64,000 nt of DNA from Aureliella sp. (GTDB taxonomy: Bacteria > Planctomycetota > Planctomycetia > Pirellulales > Pirellulaceae): contig OY829846.1 of NCBI GenBank assembly GCA_963691875.1, positions 1,120,001 to 1,184,000 of the forward strand. The letters are read 5' to 3'. Each line of letters begins with the position of its first letter. Within the stretch, counting starts at the first letter, position 1. Shown in pieces: positions 1 to 8,715 of the stretch. Below the pieces are notes generated by a model. The model was not told the origin of the DNA, searched no databases, and was given only the letters and a program-made list of their open reading frames with translations. The position numbers and the translations under genes were made by a program.

Positions 1-399
1 AAGTTGGAGCAGTTGCCGCTCCAAGATCAACTTTGGATTGTCACCACCACCAATCGCAGCCAAGGAGAGCTGCAAGCTGGACTTGCTGCCGCTGGCGTTA
101 AAGTTATTGAAGCATTAAGTTACGAAACGCGGCCTGTCACAAAGCTGCGTCCCGCCGTATCTCAAGCTCTCTCCAAAAAACGCATCCACGCCTGTGCGAT
201 CACTAGTCCCGCCATCGCAGAAGCTACATGCGAATTGCTTGGCGAACACACTCGCGACATCGCACCTGTTGCATTCAGCCCCATGATTGCCGACAAGCTA
301 AATCAGCTCGGCTGGTCCTGCGAACATATCGCTGCCACTAGAAACCGGCCTGGCTTGCTAGCGACAGTCAAGAACTGGTGGTTAGGTCAGCACTCGTAA
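1..399 (+). CDS. hemD: Uroporphyrinogen-III synthase, C-terminal part (5' end outside window)
   Basis: HemD C-terminal pattern 'L..AGV.V.E..SYET...AITSP.IA...AFSP..A..L..LGW....A......GLL'; frame open from window edge. Confidence 0.75.
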   Translation, partial: KLEQLPLQDQLWIVTTTNRSQGELQAGLAAAGVKVIEALSYETRPVTKLRPAVSQALSKKRIHACAITSPAIAEATCELLGEHTRDIAPVAFSPMIADKLNQLGWSCEHIAATRNRPGLLATVKNWWLGQHS

Positions 400-645
400 G
401 TGCATACTTTGACGCACGAAGATTTCCTATTCACCTCATCCAATCCAGTCAAGCCAATTGCGTGCGTTCACTTAACCTGGTCAACTGAATCGGTTCCCAC
501 GAAGCCGATTACAAACAATTATGAAATACTCGATGTCTGGCAACCCCAGATGCAATTGGAACAGGATGGATACAAACACTTGTATCCAAAGTACGAGCGA
601 ATGGTAAAACTCCATGGAAGTGGTGATCGAACAGCTAGAGCATAG
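400..645 (+). pseudogene. Probable 5'-truncated remnant of a conserved hypothetical protein with a VHLTW motif
   Basis: 'EDFLF...PIACVHLTWSTESVPTKPIT..YE....W...M' resembles the C-terminal half of small DDVLF...VHLTW...WP.T proteins; N-terminal half missing. Confidence 0.4.
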
Positions 646-860
646 AACTAAGCCTTGCGACATCCTGCCTCTCGATCAAGTTCGCTGCAAGCTTCAGCCC
701 AGCTCACCAGGGTTAAGAAACGCCAAGACGGAGATCCATACGAAGACACTGAGCCACTTAGTAGCACGTCAGCCATTTTCGTCGCTTTGTGCCTTCGTGT
801 GAGGCTGATATTGCCTGGAAAGACTGTTATCTGAACTATTGGGTCGCGTAGATCCCGAGT

Positions 861-1982
861 TTATTGTTCGGGCTCGTCGATCACACCGCGTTGCTGTGAC
901 AACCAATCATCGAAAGTGCCAGCTGCAATCTGCTTGCGTGCTTCTTGCATGACCAATTGATAGAAAGTCAGATTATGGTGGGTTAGTAAGATCGGCCCAA
1001 GCATTTCTTTGGCGTTGAAGAGATGCCGCAAGTAGGATCGGCTGTGCTTGCATGCCAAGCAGGGGCAGTTTTCGTCTAACGGTCGTGGATCTTCGGCGTG
1101 TTTTGCATTTCGAAGCCGAACGGTTCCACTCCAAGTAAACGCCAATGCGTTCCGACCATTTCGAGTTGGCATGACACAGTCAAACATGTCGATGCCGCGG
1201 GCTATCCCTTCCAGCAAATCAATCGGACGACCGACTCCCATTAAGTACCTTGGCTTATCCTTGGGCAAAAACGGCGTGGTTGCTTCGATGATGCGATACA
1301 TCTCCGAAGGCGGTTCGCCAACGCTGAGCCCGCCTACTGCGTAGCCGTCAAATGGCAAGACCGTTAAGCCTTCGGAGCTGCGTCGCCTGAGAGCGACGTC
1401 CAAACCTCCTTGAACGATCGCGAACTTGGCCTGTTGTTCGCGCGAAGCAGCGTCGAGACAGCGAGCCGCCCAACGCGTTGAGCGTTCCATCGCTTCCTCA
1501 ACCAAATTACGCTCAGACGGCAACGCAACAACGTGATCCAGCACCATGGCGACATCGCTGCCCAGTCGTTCTTGAATGCGTATGGATTCCTCTGGAGTTA
1601 GTTCCAGCTTTGCACCGTCGATGTGCGATTGGAATGTCGCCGCTTCCTCGGTAACTTTGTTGATTTTCGAAAGACTGAATACCTGGAAACCTCCGCTATC
1701 CGTCAAGATCGGCCCCTGCCAGCCAGTGAACTTATGCAGCCCGCCAAGCTTCTCGACCAGCTTACTGCCTGGACGCAATGCAAGATGATAGGTGTTGCCC
1801 AATATCATCGATGCCCCCGTGGATTCGACCTGATCGACGGTCAATCCCTTCACTGTGCCAACCGTGCCTACGGGCATGAAGACAGGCGTGTCCACTGTTC
1901 CGTGGGGACAACTGATTTGGCCCAGCCGAGCTGACTGTTCCGCCGGAGAATTCAATTGGAAGGAGAAGCTTTTTGAAGTCAT
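861..1982 (-). CDS. tgt: tRNA-guanine(34) transglycosylase
   Basis: [52 protein letters not shown] and Zn site CPCLAC...H. Confidence 0.98.
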   Translation of the reverse strand: MTSKSFSFQLNSPAEQSARLGQISCPHGTVDTPVFMPVGTVGTVKGLTVDQVESTGASMILGNTYHLALRPGSKLVEKLGGLHKFTGWQGPILTDSGGFQVFSLSKINKVTEEAATFQSHIDGAKLELTPEESIRIQERLGSDVAMVLDHVVALPSERNLVEEAMERSTRWAARCLDAASREQQAKFAIVQGGLDVALRRRSSEGLTVLPFDGYAVGGLSVGEPPSEMYRIIEATTPFLPKDKPRYLMGVGRPIDLLEGIARGIDMFDCVMPTRNGRNALAFTWSGTVRLRNAKHAEDPRPLDENCPCLACKHSRSYLRHLFNAKEMLGPILLTHHNLTFYQLVMQEARKQIAAGTFDDWLSQQRGVIDEPEQ

Positions 1983-2001
1983 AGAAACCCATGTACTTAC
2001 G

Positions 2002-2033
2002 AAAAAACCGGCGAGTCACCACAACTCGCCGGT
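2002..2033 (-). terminator. Rho-independent terminator downstream of the TPR/alpha-CTD gene
   Basis: 10-bp stem ACCGGCGAGT/ACTCGCCGGT running into a T-tract on the minus strand. Confidence 0.75.
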
Positions 2034-2070
2034 GTAGAATGCTTATGCTTTCATCTGTTCGCCGAACGGA

Positions 2071-3396
2071 CTATTCACCACGAAGCTTGAGATTCATACC
2101 TTCCAGCTTTTCTCGCACTTCGTTTAGGCTGGTCACACCAAAGTTCTTTGACTCAAGAAGATCATCCTGAGTCTTGCGGATCAACTCAGAGATCGTATTG
2201 ATACCGAGGCGGACCATACACTTACGAGCCCGAACCGACAAATTCAAATCGGAGATTGGCCTCTCAAGCACAGCCTGCTGGTCTGGCGTGAAGCTCGAAG
2301 TATCCAACGGTGGATCCGGTTCACGCTGCTGATCGTGCATTTGGCCAAGGACGAGACCACGTGACGAAAGCATGTCGCGGATCTCGACCAAACTGGTTTC
2401 GCCAAAGTTCTTACTTGACAACAACTGTTGCTCAGTCGTACGAACCAAATCGCCAAGCGTTTCGACACCCATCTTTTGCAAGCAGTTTCGACTCCGCACC
2501 GAAAGCTCGAAATCGTTGACTGAAACTGACAATAGCTGGGACATACGCTCTGTCTGACGAGCGGAATCTTCGTCGTAGTAGACGTTTCCGGATGCCGCAG
2601 CATCCTTCATGTAGAGCTGAGCGCGATCATGAGCTGGGAAAACATCCAGCACTCGCTTGTAACAGGCCTGAGCCTTGCCGAAGTCGTTGCGATCTTCGTA
2701 CATGATACCCAAGTTGATTAACGTGCCGACATGCGCCGGAAAACAGGAAGCCGCACGCTCGTAAAGCTGCAAAGCTTCTGCATCGTTGCCTTTGCGGTCA
2801 TTCTCGTATGCAAGACCGAACAATGCACCTGGATGCTGGTCGTCGTACTGGATCGCACGGTTGTAGAGCCGTAGAACCTCTTCGAAATTCCCGTCGAGGC
2901 TGGCTACCGTCGCGCCACGCTGGTAGTTGTACTCTGCAGTTTGCTCGGAAGGTCCAAAGATATTATCCAGAATATCCATGGCTTCTTGCAACTTGCCCTG
3001 GTATCTCAGGACTTCTGTCGCAGCGACTTGGCATTGATCGCCATCGTAGCCCGCCGCCTTGGCCGCTTCAAAGTGTTTAAGAGAGCCGTCACAGTCTTGT
3101 AACTGGAAGCTAGCCTTCGCCAAGTAGTAGAGAGCCAGAGCGCCGCCGTCAGCGTGGCTAAGCGTGTCGGCAGCATCTTGGAACTTGCCGATCAAATACT
3201 GACAGACTCCCAAACGCACTGCTTGAGCAGGGCTACGATCGGGAACTTGAGCCAGCTCGCCCACCGCGTCCTTCAGCACGCCAAGTTGGCTGTAATCTTC
3301 TGCAATTGTTTTGCAAATTTGAGCAATTTCCGCTGGTCCAAAGGAGTGGTTGGATACAACCAGCTCGTGGACGTCCAGACCCGAAGGTTCGGTCAT
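2071..3396 (-). CDS. TPR-repeat protein with two C-terminal RNA polymerase alpha-CTD domains
   Basis: N-terminal TPRs (e.g. ALFGLAYENDRKGNDAEALQLYERA, TLINLGIMYEDRNDFGKAQACYKRVL); two 'LSVR.R.C...G...LL.SKNFG.TSL.E' alpha-CTD units; start set at ATG 3396 (MTEPSG), the ORF-track start 3480 probably over-extends. Confidence 0.9.
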   Translation of the reverse strand: MTEPSGLDVHELVVSNHSFGPAEIAQICKTIAEDYSQLGVLKDAVGELAQVPDRSPAQAVRLGVCQYLIGKFQDAADTLSHADGGALALYYLAKASFQLQDCDGSLKHFEAAKAAGYDGDQCQVAATEVLRYQGKLQEAMDILDNIFGPSEQTAEYNYQRGATVASLDGNFEEVLRLYNRAIQYDDQHPGALFGLAYENDRKGNDAEALQLYERAASCFPAHVGTLINLGIMYEDRNDFGKAQACYKRVLDVFPAHDRAQLYMKDAAASGNVYYDEDSARQTERMSQLLSVSVNDFELSVRSRNCLQKMGVETLGDLVRTTEQQLLSSKNFGETSLVEIRDMLSSRGLVLGQMHDQQREPDPPLDTSSFTPDQQAVLERPISDLNLSVRARKCMVRLGINTISELIRKTQDDLLESKNFGVTSLNEVREKLEGMNLKLRGE

Positions 3397-3524
3397 TCTG
3401 TGCGAACTCCAAATGATGGAAGCAAAGCTTGAAAATAGTTTTCCCGCAGATGATTCTTGGTCGCCAATTCCGCCATCCATGGGGCGGCGAAAAAAGAAAA
3501 AAATCCTTGGAAAAATCCCAGAGG

Positions 3525-3598
3525 AGCCAGCGGCGGGAATCGAACCCGCAACCCCCGCATTACGAATGCGGTGCTCTGCCGATTGAAGCTACGCTGGC
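3525..3598 (-). tRNA. tRNA-Thr(CGT)
   Basis: Reverse complement GCCAGCGTAGCTTCAATCGGCAGAGCACCGCATTCGTAATGCGGGGGTTGCGGGTTCGATTCCCGCCGCTGGCT forms a cloverleaf with anticodon CGT and TTCGA T-loop; followed by CCT, so no complete encoded CCA. Confidence 0.96.
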
Positions 3599-3835
3599 CT
3601 GGCTGCCACGACTCCCACGCCAAAACCCTCTCAAATTCCTCAAAACGCAGCGATTCTAAGCAATTCTTCTTCGGTTCCAGGCTATTGATGGAGCAGTCCC
3701 AGCTTGGTAGTTGGAGAAAAATTTAACTCGATAGCAAGATTTTGGTCAATAGGGACAGAATTTGCTCTTAGAAACTCAAATCGTAGGCTGGCTGCCGGAG
3801 GTCTTTACGAACTCAGTTAAAACCAGAGTCCTCAG

Positions 3836-4243
3836 CTAGAAAATATTCAGCTGGTCTTTGGCATCGTCGGTCATCATATCCTGGGTCCATGGCGGATCCA
3901 TGACTACCTTGATCTCGACTTTGCCGACACCTTCCATCGATTCGACGGCTTGGCGGCTATTGCCTACGAGCTGAGGCCCCGCAGGACACATAGGGCTAGT
4001 CATGGTCATCTCGACCAAAACGTCCTGCTTGCCTTCCTGCTCGCTCGCCTTCAGATCAACCACATAGATAAGCCCGAGATCGACGATATTCACGAATAGC
4101 TCCGGATCTATCACCTGTTTCAGCTGTTCACGCACTGAGGCTTCATTCAGCTCGACAGCAGCTTGCTCGCCAGCCGCCGCTTCCTCTGGCTCGGCAACTA
4201 CTCCTTCGACTTCGCTGTCCGGTTTCACGTTGTCTTCGCTCAT
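3836..4243 (-). CDS. Fe-S cluster assembly factor (DUF59/SufT/PaaD family)
   Basis: VIDPELFVNIVDLGLIY, MTMTSPMCP, PPWTQDMMTDDAK motifs. Confidence 0.92.
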   Translation of the reverse strand: MSEDNVKPDSEVEGVVAEPEEAAAGEQAAVELNEASVREQLKQVIDPELFVNIVDLGLIYVVDLKASEQEGKQDVLVEMTMTSPMCPAGPQLVGNSRQAVESMEGVGKVEIKVVMDPPWTQDMMTDDAKDQLNIF

Positions 4244-4453
4244 TGCATTTCCTCATCTTTTCCTACAGCCGATTTGATACGGAGAATTATTCACGCCCGT
4301 CTACACAGATCAAGCCAAGATTCGTATCTATCGATTCCCATAGCAACCACTGCGAATGTCGAATTTGCGTAAAAACACGAATCTGCTCCTCAGCTGGAGC
4401 GAGGTTTTCTCTAAAGTGAACAGGTTCAATAACTCTTGATGGAGTAGCCTGCG

Positions 4454-5821
4454 ATGCCTTCGATTCGAACTGCTGTATGTGGACTGGTTCTAACCTTCTG
4501 GTTCCCAATCGCATGTAACGCAAACGCTTCGGTACTCGATCTTCTGAACCAATTTACATCGGAGGCCGACGAGCTCAGTAAAGTGGCGATTGTCAAGCAG
4601 TTGGATTGGATTCTCCGACTCCAAATGGCCGAGCAACGCGAAGCAGGAAACGAGGTCGCCGAAAAGATCAGCTCACAAGATCGTGAGCAGGTGGCGGCCG
4701 TGCTGTTGAGTGAACTTGAGCATGCTCAGTCACTCGAGCTCGTAAGTCAAATGATGCTGACTTGGTGGCGTTATGAAGATCAAACCAAGGAGCTAGCACC
4801 TGAGACTGCAGAAATAGTTTTTCGCATGCTCAGCGATGTTCGGCATAACGGCAAAAGGCTCTCCCCAACGACACCCCGTGAACGGGCAGTGGCTATTCTC
4901 TCTAGCTGCACAGCTTCAGTCACAAAGGATGTTGTCGACCTCCTAAGCGATCCCGAAATACTACACCGTGATGCCGCCGTTAAAATCCTCTCAGCTCGAG
5001 GCTATTTCGAGGATCACTTCGATGCACTAGCTGCGATGGCTAATTCTCCTGAGCAACGAGTACGCTCCTCAGTAGCTAGGGCTTTGGCTGCACTCAAGAC
5101 CAATCAGAACCAAGCCATCCGCGTAGCATTCTCGATGCTGCCTAACGAAAATTCTTCCGACGCCGTCGCTACCACACTTGCGACTTTGGCGTCGCGAGCG
5201 ACGGAAACACAGGCTGCGAGTATTCAACTTGCTCTGCTCCGAAAATTGGACCGGGCAAAGTACGTCACGTACGTCTACCAGGACGCGATATACAAAACGA
5301 TGCCGCGGCTATCAGACAAAGTCCAACAAGCTGTCGTGCGAAAACTGATTCCGCATCTCTCGCCGCAGAACCACGGAATTGAGAGAGCTGTCGCGATCGC
5401 TGGAGCAAACGCGAAAGAAGCTCTGCCCTATTTCCTGGAGAGTTTTGAAAACGCAAGCGAAGTTGAGAAGCTAAAAATCGCAGAGAATCTCTGGCGAGTT
5501 GAAGGAAACGCTGAGCGCGTCCTCTCCGTCTTCCTCAAAGCGATCGAAAGCCCCAACACTACAACTCGTTACTATGGCTTCAAGGGCTTGCGGACACTTG
5601 GAAGCGACGCAATGCCTGCCGAAAGGAGGCTCTTGGAGTTGCTTGATCACGAGAAGAGCACCGTTGTCCGTCAGAGTATTCGGACACTCGTAGTCATCAG
5701 TGTCAACTCGGAATCGTCGATTAAAGCGATCGCTGAATTAGCCAGGTCTCACAGCGATCCCGTGGTACGCAAGATTGCGGAGAAGACCTCAAAGTCCCTG
5801 CTCAAACCGACATCGCCTTAG
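4454..5821 (+). CDS. Secreted HEAT-repeat protein
   Basis: Signal peptide-like N-terminus; HEAT/PBS repeats (VRSSVARALAAL, ALPYFLESF, LLELLDHEKSTVVRQSIRTL, DPVVRKIA). Confidence 0.75.
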   Translation: MPSIRTAVCGLVLTFWFPIACNANASVLDLLNQFTSEADELSKVAIVKQLDWILRLQMAEQREAGNEVAEKISSQDREQVAAVLLSELEHAQSLELVSQMMLTWWRYEDQTKELAPETAEIVFRMLSDVRHNGKRLSPTTPRERAVAILSSCTASVTKDVVDLLSDPEILHRDAAVKILSARGYFEDHFDALAAMANSPEQRVRSSVARALAALKTNQNQAIRVAFSMLPNENSSDAVATTLATLASRATETQAASIQLALLRKLDRAKYVTYVYQDAIYKTMPRLSDKVQQAVVRKLIPHLSPQNHGIERAVAIAGANAKEALPYFLESFENASEVEKLKIAENLWRVEGNAERVLSVFLKAIESPNTTTRYYGFKGLRTLGSDAMPAERRLLELLDHEKSTVVRQSIRTLVVISVNSESSIKAIAELARSHSDPVVRKIAEKTSKSLLKPTSP

Positions 5822-5849
5822 TACCTTCGTAGTTCGCATGAATTTCCGA

Positions 5850-5915
5850 AAATTGGATATCTGGAAATTGGATATCTGGAAATTGGATATCTGGAAATTG
5901 GATATCTGGAAATTG
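5850..5915. repeat. Perfect 15-bp tandem repeat (AAATTGGATATCTGG) x4 plus a partial fifth unit
   Basis: Directly visible; produces KLDIW repeats in spurious ORF 5775..6101. Confidence 0.95.
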
Positions 5916-6232
5916 ATTCGATCAACGACAAAGACTCGGTTGAGTATCAGGCTACATGTCAGTCTTCACTTTCTCCAGAGACCGTTTCATCGTTACCACA
6001 ACGTGAATTGTTACTTCCTCAAAGTGATTTGTTTTACCATCACACTAACAAATTCACATACTCTCTCGCCGCGTTCATTCAGAGCATCATTGTTAGCGTG
6101 ATGATTAAAGTCACCCAACGACCAGACGCTGCGAAAATCGAAAACAAGTGTGGTGTAACCCGTTGGGTTCCTATCAGAAAGCTCTCAACTCCACTAGCTG
6201 ATTGAGCTAATCAATCTGCACGAATCGGCACC

Positions 6233-6274
6233 AAAATAAAAGGGCTGAGATGCCAAGCTAGCATCTCAGTCCTT
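6233..6274 (-). terminator. Rho-independent terminator of the DPFG-repeat gene
   Basis: Stem AAGGACTGAGATGC/GCATCTCAGCCCTT followed by TTATTTT on the minus strand. Confidence 0.75.
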
Positions 6275-6352
6275 CGATATTGTTCTGAGCAACCAAGAGA
6301 AAAAGGCACAAGCCACAAAACAACTGGCGCCGATTGTTGTCAATCGCTCTCT

Positions 6353-7411
6353 CTAATTGTCGCCAAATGGATCGACTCCACCGAATGGATCGTCACTTTT
6401 CTTGGGAGCAGACTTCTCAGGCGTTGGCTGCACATCTGTTGTGGGTGGAGCACCCGAATTCTCCTTCACCTTCTCAGCGCCAAAGGGATCCGCTCCTGTC
6501 TCGTCGCCGCCAGTTCCAAATGGATCAGAAGAAGACGCCCCACCAAACGGGTCAGCGGCAGGCGTGGTCGCGGCGGGTTCAGCCGCTTCGCCGCTTCCAC
6601 CGAATGGATCAGCCGCTGGGGCTGCACTGGTTGTAGCTGGGGCCCCGAAGGGGTCAGCAGCTGGCTCTGTCATTTCTGGAGTCGCTGGCGTGGTTGCCGC
6701 GCCACCGAATGGGTCGGCAGCAGGGGTTGCAGTTGGAGCACTAGCGGCCCCACCAAATGGATCAGCCGCCGCATCTCCACCGAACGGATCTGCCCTACCA
6801 GCAGTGCTGCTAGACGCTGGCGGCGTGGTGGTTGCTGGAGCAGCAAAGTTTCCTGCGTCGACTTCAGATGTTGGTGGCTGAGTTTTGTCGACGGAGACGG
6901 TACCTGAACGCAAACCATCAGCAAATGGACTTGGGCCTCCCGCAGCCGAGGCGGGAACGACGGCACCGGCAGGCTTTTTAGCCGCTTCGGCAGCACTAGC
7001 TCGTGCTACTTTGTCTTCCTGAATCTGTTTCATTCGCATGATGCGAGCATCATGCCGTGCCTTTTCGATCTTCTTGCGCACAGCACCTTGCACGCGTGTC
7101 AAGGAAGAGCCCACTGGTGAAGACCTGCGGCCTAGCGCCTCGAGTCTTGCCCCCTTCTGGAAGTCCGCACTTCCGTCTGCTCCCATCGCCTCCTCGATCA
7201 GCCCACGAAAGTAGAACGAACGTGGATCTTGCGAGCCTGCGTCAATTGACCGGTTGAGTGACTTTTTGGCTCCCGCTAGATCTCCGGCGAAGTACCGATG
7301 CACGCCTTCACCGTAGGTTGCCGAAATTCCGTCTTGGCCATGGGCCAGCCCGCAACTTTCAACACTTAAAGCCCCTGCCAGGCAAAGGGATAAAACGAGT
7401 CGAGCTCGCAT
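6353..7411 (-). CDS. Secreted protein: TPR-like N-terminal domain plus disordered Ala/Pro/Thr-rich tail with ten DPFG motifs
   Basis: SD AGGAG before ATG 7411; signal peptide MRARLVLSLCLAGAL; TPR-like DPRSFYFRGLIEEAMG; repeated (A)ADPFG(G). Confidence 0.8.
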   Translation of the reverse strand: MRARLVLSLCLAGALSVESCGLAHGQDGISATYGEGVHRYFAGDLAGAKKSLNRSIDAGSQDPRSFYFRGLIEEAMGADGSADFQKGARLEALGRRSSPVGSSLTRVQGAVRKKIEKARHDARIMRMKQIQEDKVARASAAEAAKKPAGAVVPASAAGGPSPFADGLRSGTVSVDKTQPPTSEVDAGNFAAPATTTPPASSSTAGRADPFGGDAAADPFGGAASAPTATPAADPFGGAATTPATPEMTEPAADPFGAPATTSAAPAADPFGGSGEAAEPAATTPAADPFGGASSSDPFGTGGDETGADPFGAEKVKENSGAPPTTDVQPTPEKSAPKKSDDPFGGVDPFGDN

Positions 7412-8083
7412 CGTGATGACTCCTGTTTTGATGTTGGGGGACAAGTTGGCAGGCCGCCAAATGCGACCCAACCAATTCCCTACTTGTGGGTGATTGAGGA
7501 TCTATTTTAACGCTCTATTCGGCTGAGACATGCGACAGTTTGGTCGCTTATAGATCGTTTTTCGATTTTCGTGATCTGATACTAGTTTAGTCGCAACGCA
7601 ACGCAACAAGTACTTGGTAGCTAATTCCTCCTGCGGCCTCCCCCCCTTTTTTCGGACTAGTTTTGGACTAGAAGACCTGCCGCTCGGAAATCGTGACGTT
7701 TAGCCCAGATTAGAAAAGAGCTGGAAAATGTCGTTATTGTCACACGTGTTCTCTGCAAAGAAAGGTTGCCAGAATCGCCAAACCTGATTTCTCTGTCTTT
7801 TGCGAAAACTGAAGAGCGCTTTTGCAACGCTAGAGGAAGATCAATGCATTCAGGCAAAGGAGAAGGGCTGAAAAACCTACACGAAAAGCCCGGCAGCAAA
7901 ACCGGCGTGGAAAATGTGCCTTCGATTGTGTCGTTTCTTTCAACCGGCGAGCAGACACAGATCTTCGATCTTTCGGGTAGACTCCTTGTTCGCATTCTAG
8001 CCGCGTTTATTTCGCGGCCCGAACCTTCGGCTGATCTGGATCATGCATCGATCTACCATCCTCCTCCAAGCGGAATCCAGGCG

Positions 8084-8704
8084 ATGGCAAAGACAAAGAA
8101 GAAATCGAAGAAGGAACAGAAATTTACTGAGCGCGGACTGATCGTCAATGAAGCCGGTGCGAAGCGTTGTTGGTGGTGCGGGAACGATCCGCTCTATCAA
8201 GATTATCACGACAATGAATGGGGAAGGCCAGTTTACGACGATCAGCGTCTATTCGAGAAAATCTGTCTTGAGGGTTTCCAAGCTGGCCTAAGCTGGATCA
8301 CCATTCTCCGAAAACGCGAGAACTTTCGCAAAGCCTTCCGTCAATTTGACTTCAACCTGGTCGCGTTGATGACAGAACGTGACGTGACTCGATTGCTAAC
8401 GAACGAGGGCATCGTTCGGCATTGCGGCAAGATTGAGTCCACGATCCACAATGCCGCCAAAGCAATTGAACTTGTAGCGAGTGAAGGCAGCTTGTCGAAC
8501 TATTTTTGGAGCTTTGAGCCTAAAAAGAAAGTGACTCCACGTTGCAAAGAAGACATTCCTTCGATCACTGCAGAGTCCACGGCACTGAGCAAAGATCTAA
8601 AGAAACGAGGCTGGTCTTTTGTGGGGCCAACTACTTGCTATGCCTTCATGCAGGCCATGGGTCTCGTCAACGATCATATTGGTGGATGTGATTTTCGCGA
8701 CTAG
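8084..8704 (+). CDS. tag: DNA-3-methyladenine glycosylase I
   Basis: RCWWC...YHDNEWG, LFEKICLEGFQAGLSWITILRKRENF, FVGPTTCYAFMQAMGLVNDH...C; start set at ATG 8084. Confidence 0.95.
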   Translation: MAKTKKKSKKEQKFTERGLIVNEAGAKRCWWCGNDPLYQDYHDNEWGRPVYDDQRLFEKICLEGFQAGLSWITILRKRENFRKAFRQFDFNLVALMTERDVTRLLTNEGIVRHCGKIESTIHNAAKAIELVASEGSLSNYFWSFEPKKKVTPRCKEDIPSITAESTALSKDLKKRGWSFVGPTTCYAFMQAMGLVNDHIGGCDFRD

Positions 8705-8715
8705 GAACGCAGGAC

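Noticed and set aside
2071..3396. Calling this gene rpoA
   Set aside because: No alpha N-terminal dimerisation domain and not in the rpsM-rpsK-rpoA-rplQ context
3525..5821. Genomic island integrated at tRNA-Thr
   Set aside because: No integrase and no duplicated tRNA 3' end seen; the genes flanking the tRNA are housekeeping-type
5850..5915. CRISPR array, or a KLDIW-repeat protein (ORF 5775..6101)
   Set aside because: Units are contiguous 15-mers with no spacers and no cas genes nearby; the ORF is a by-product of the repeat
6357..6881. Plus-strand PPNGSAA repeat ORF
   Set aside because: Antisense shadow of the DPFG-repeat gene, which has the SD, signal peptide and terminator
7766..8083. N-terminal extension of tag
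   Set aside because: No recognisable domain; the downstream ATG 8084 gives a normal-sized protein
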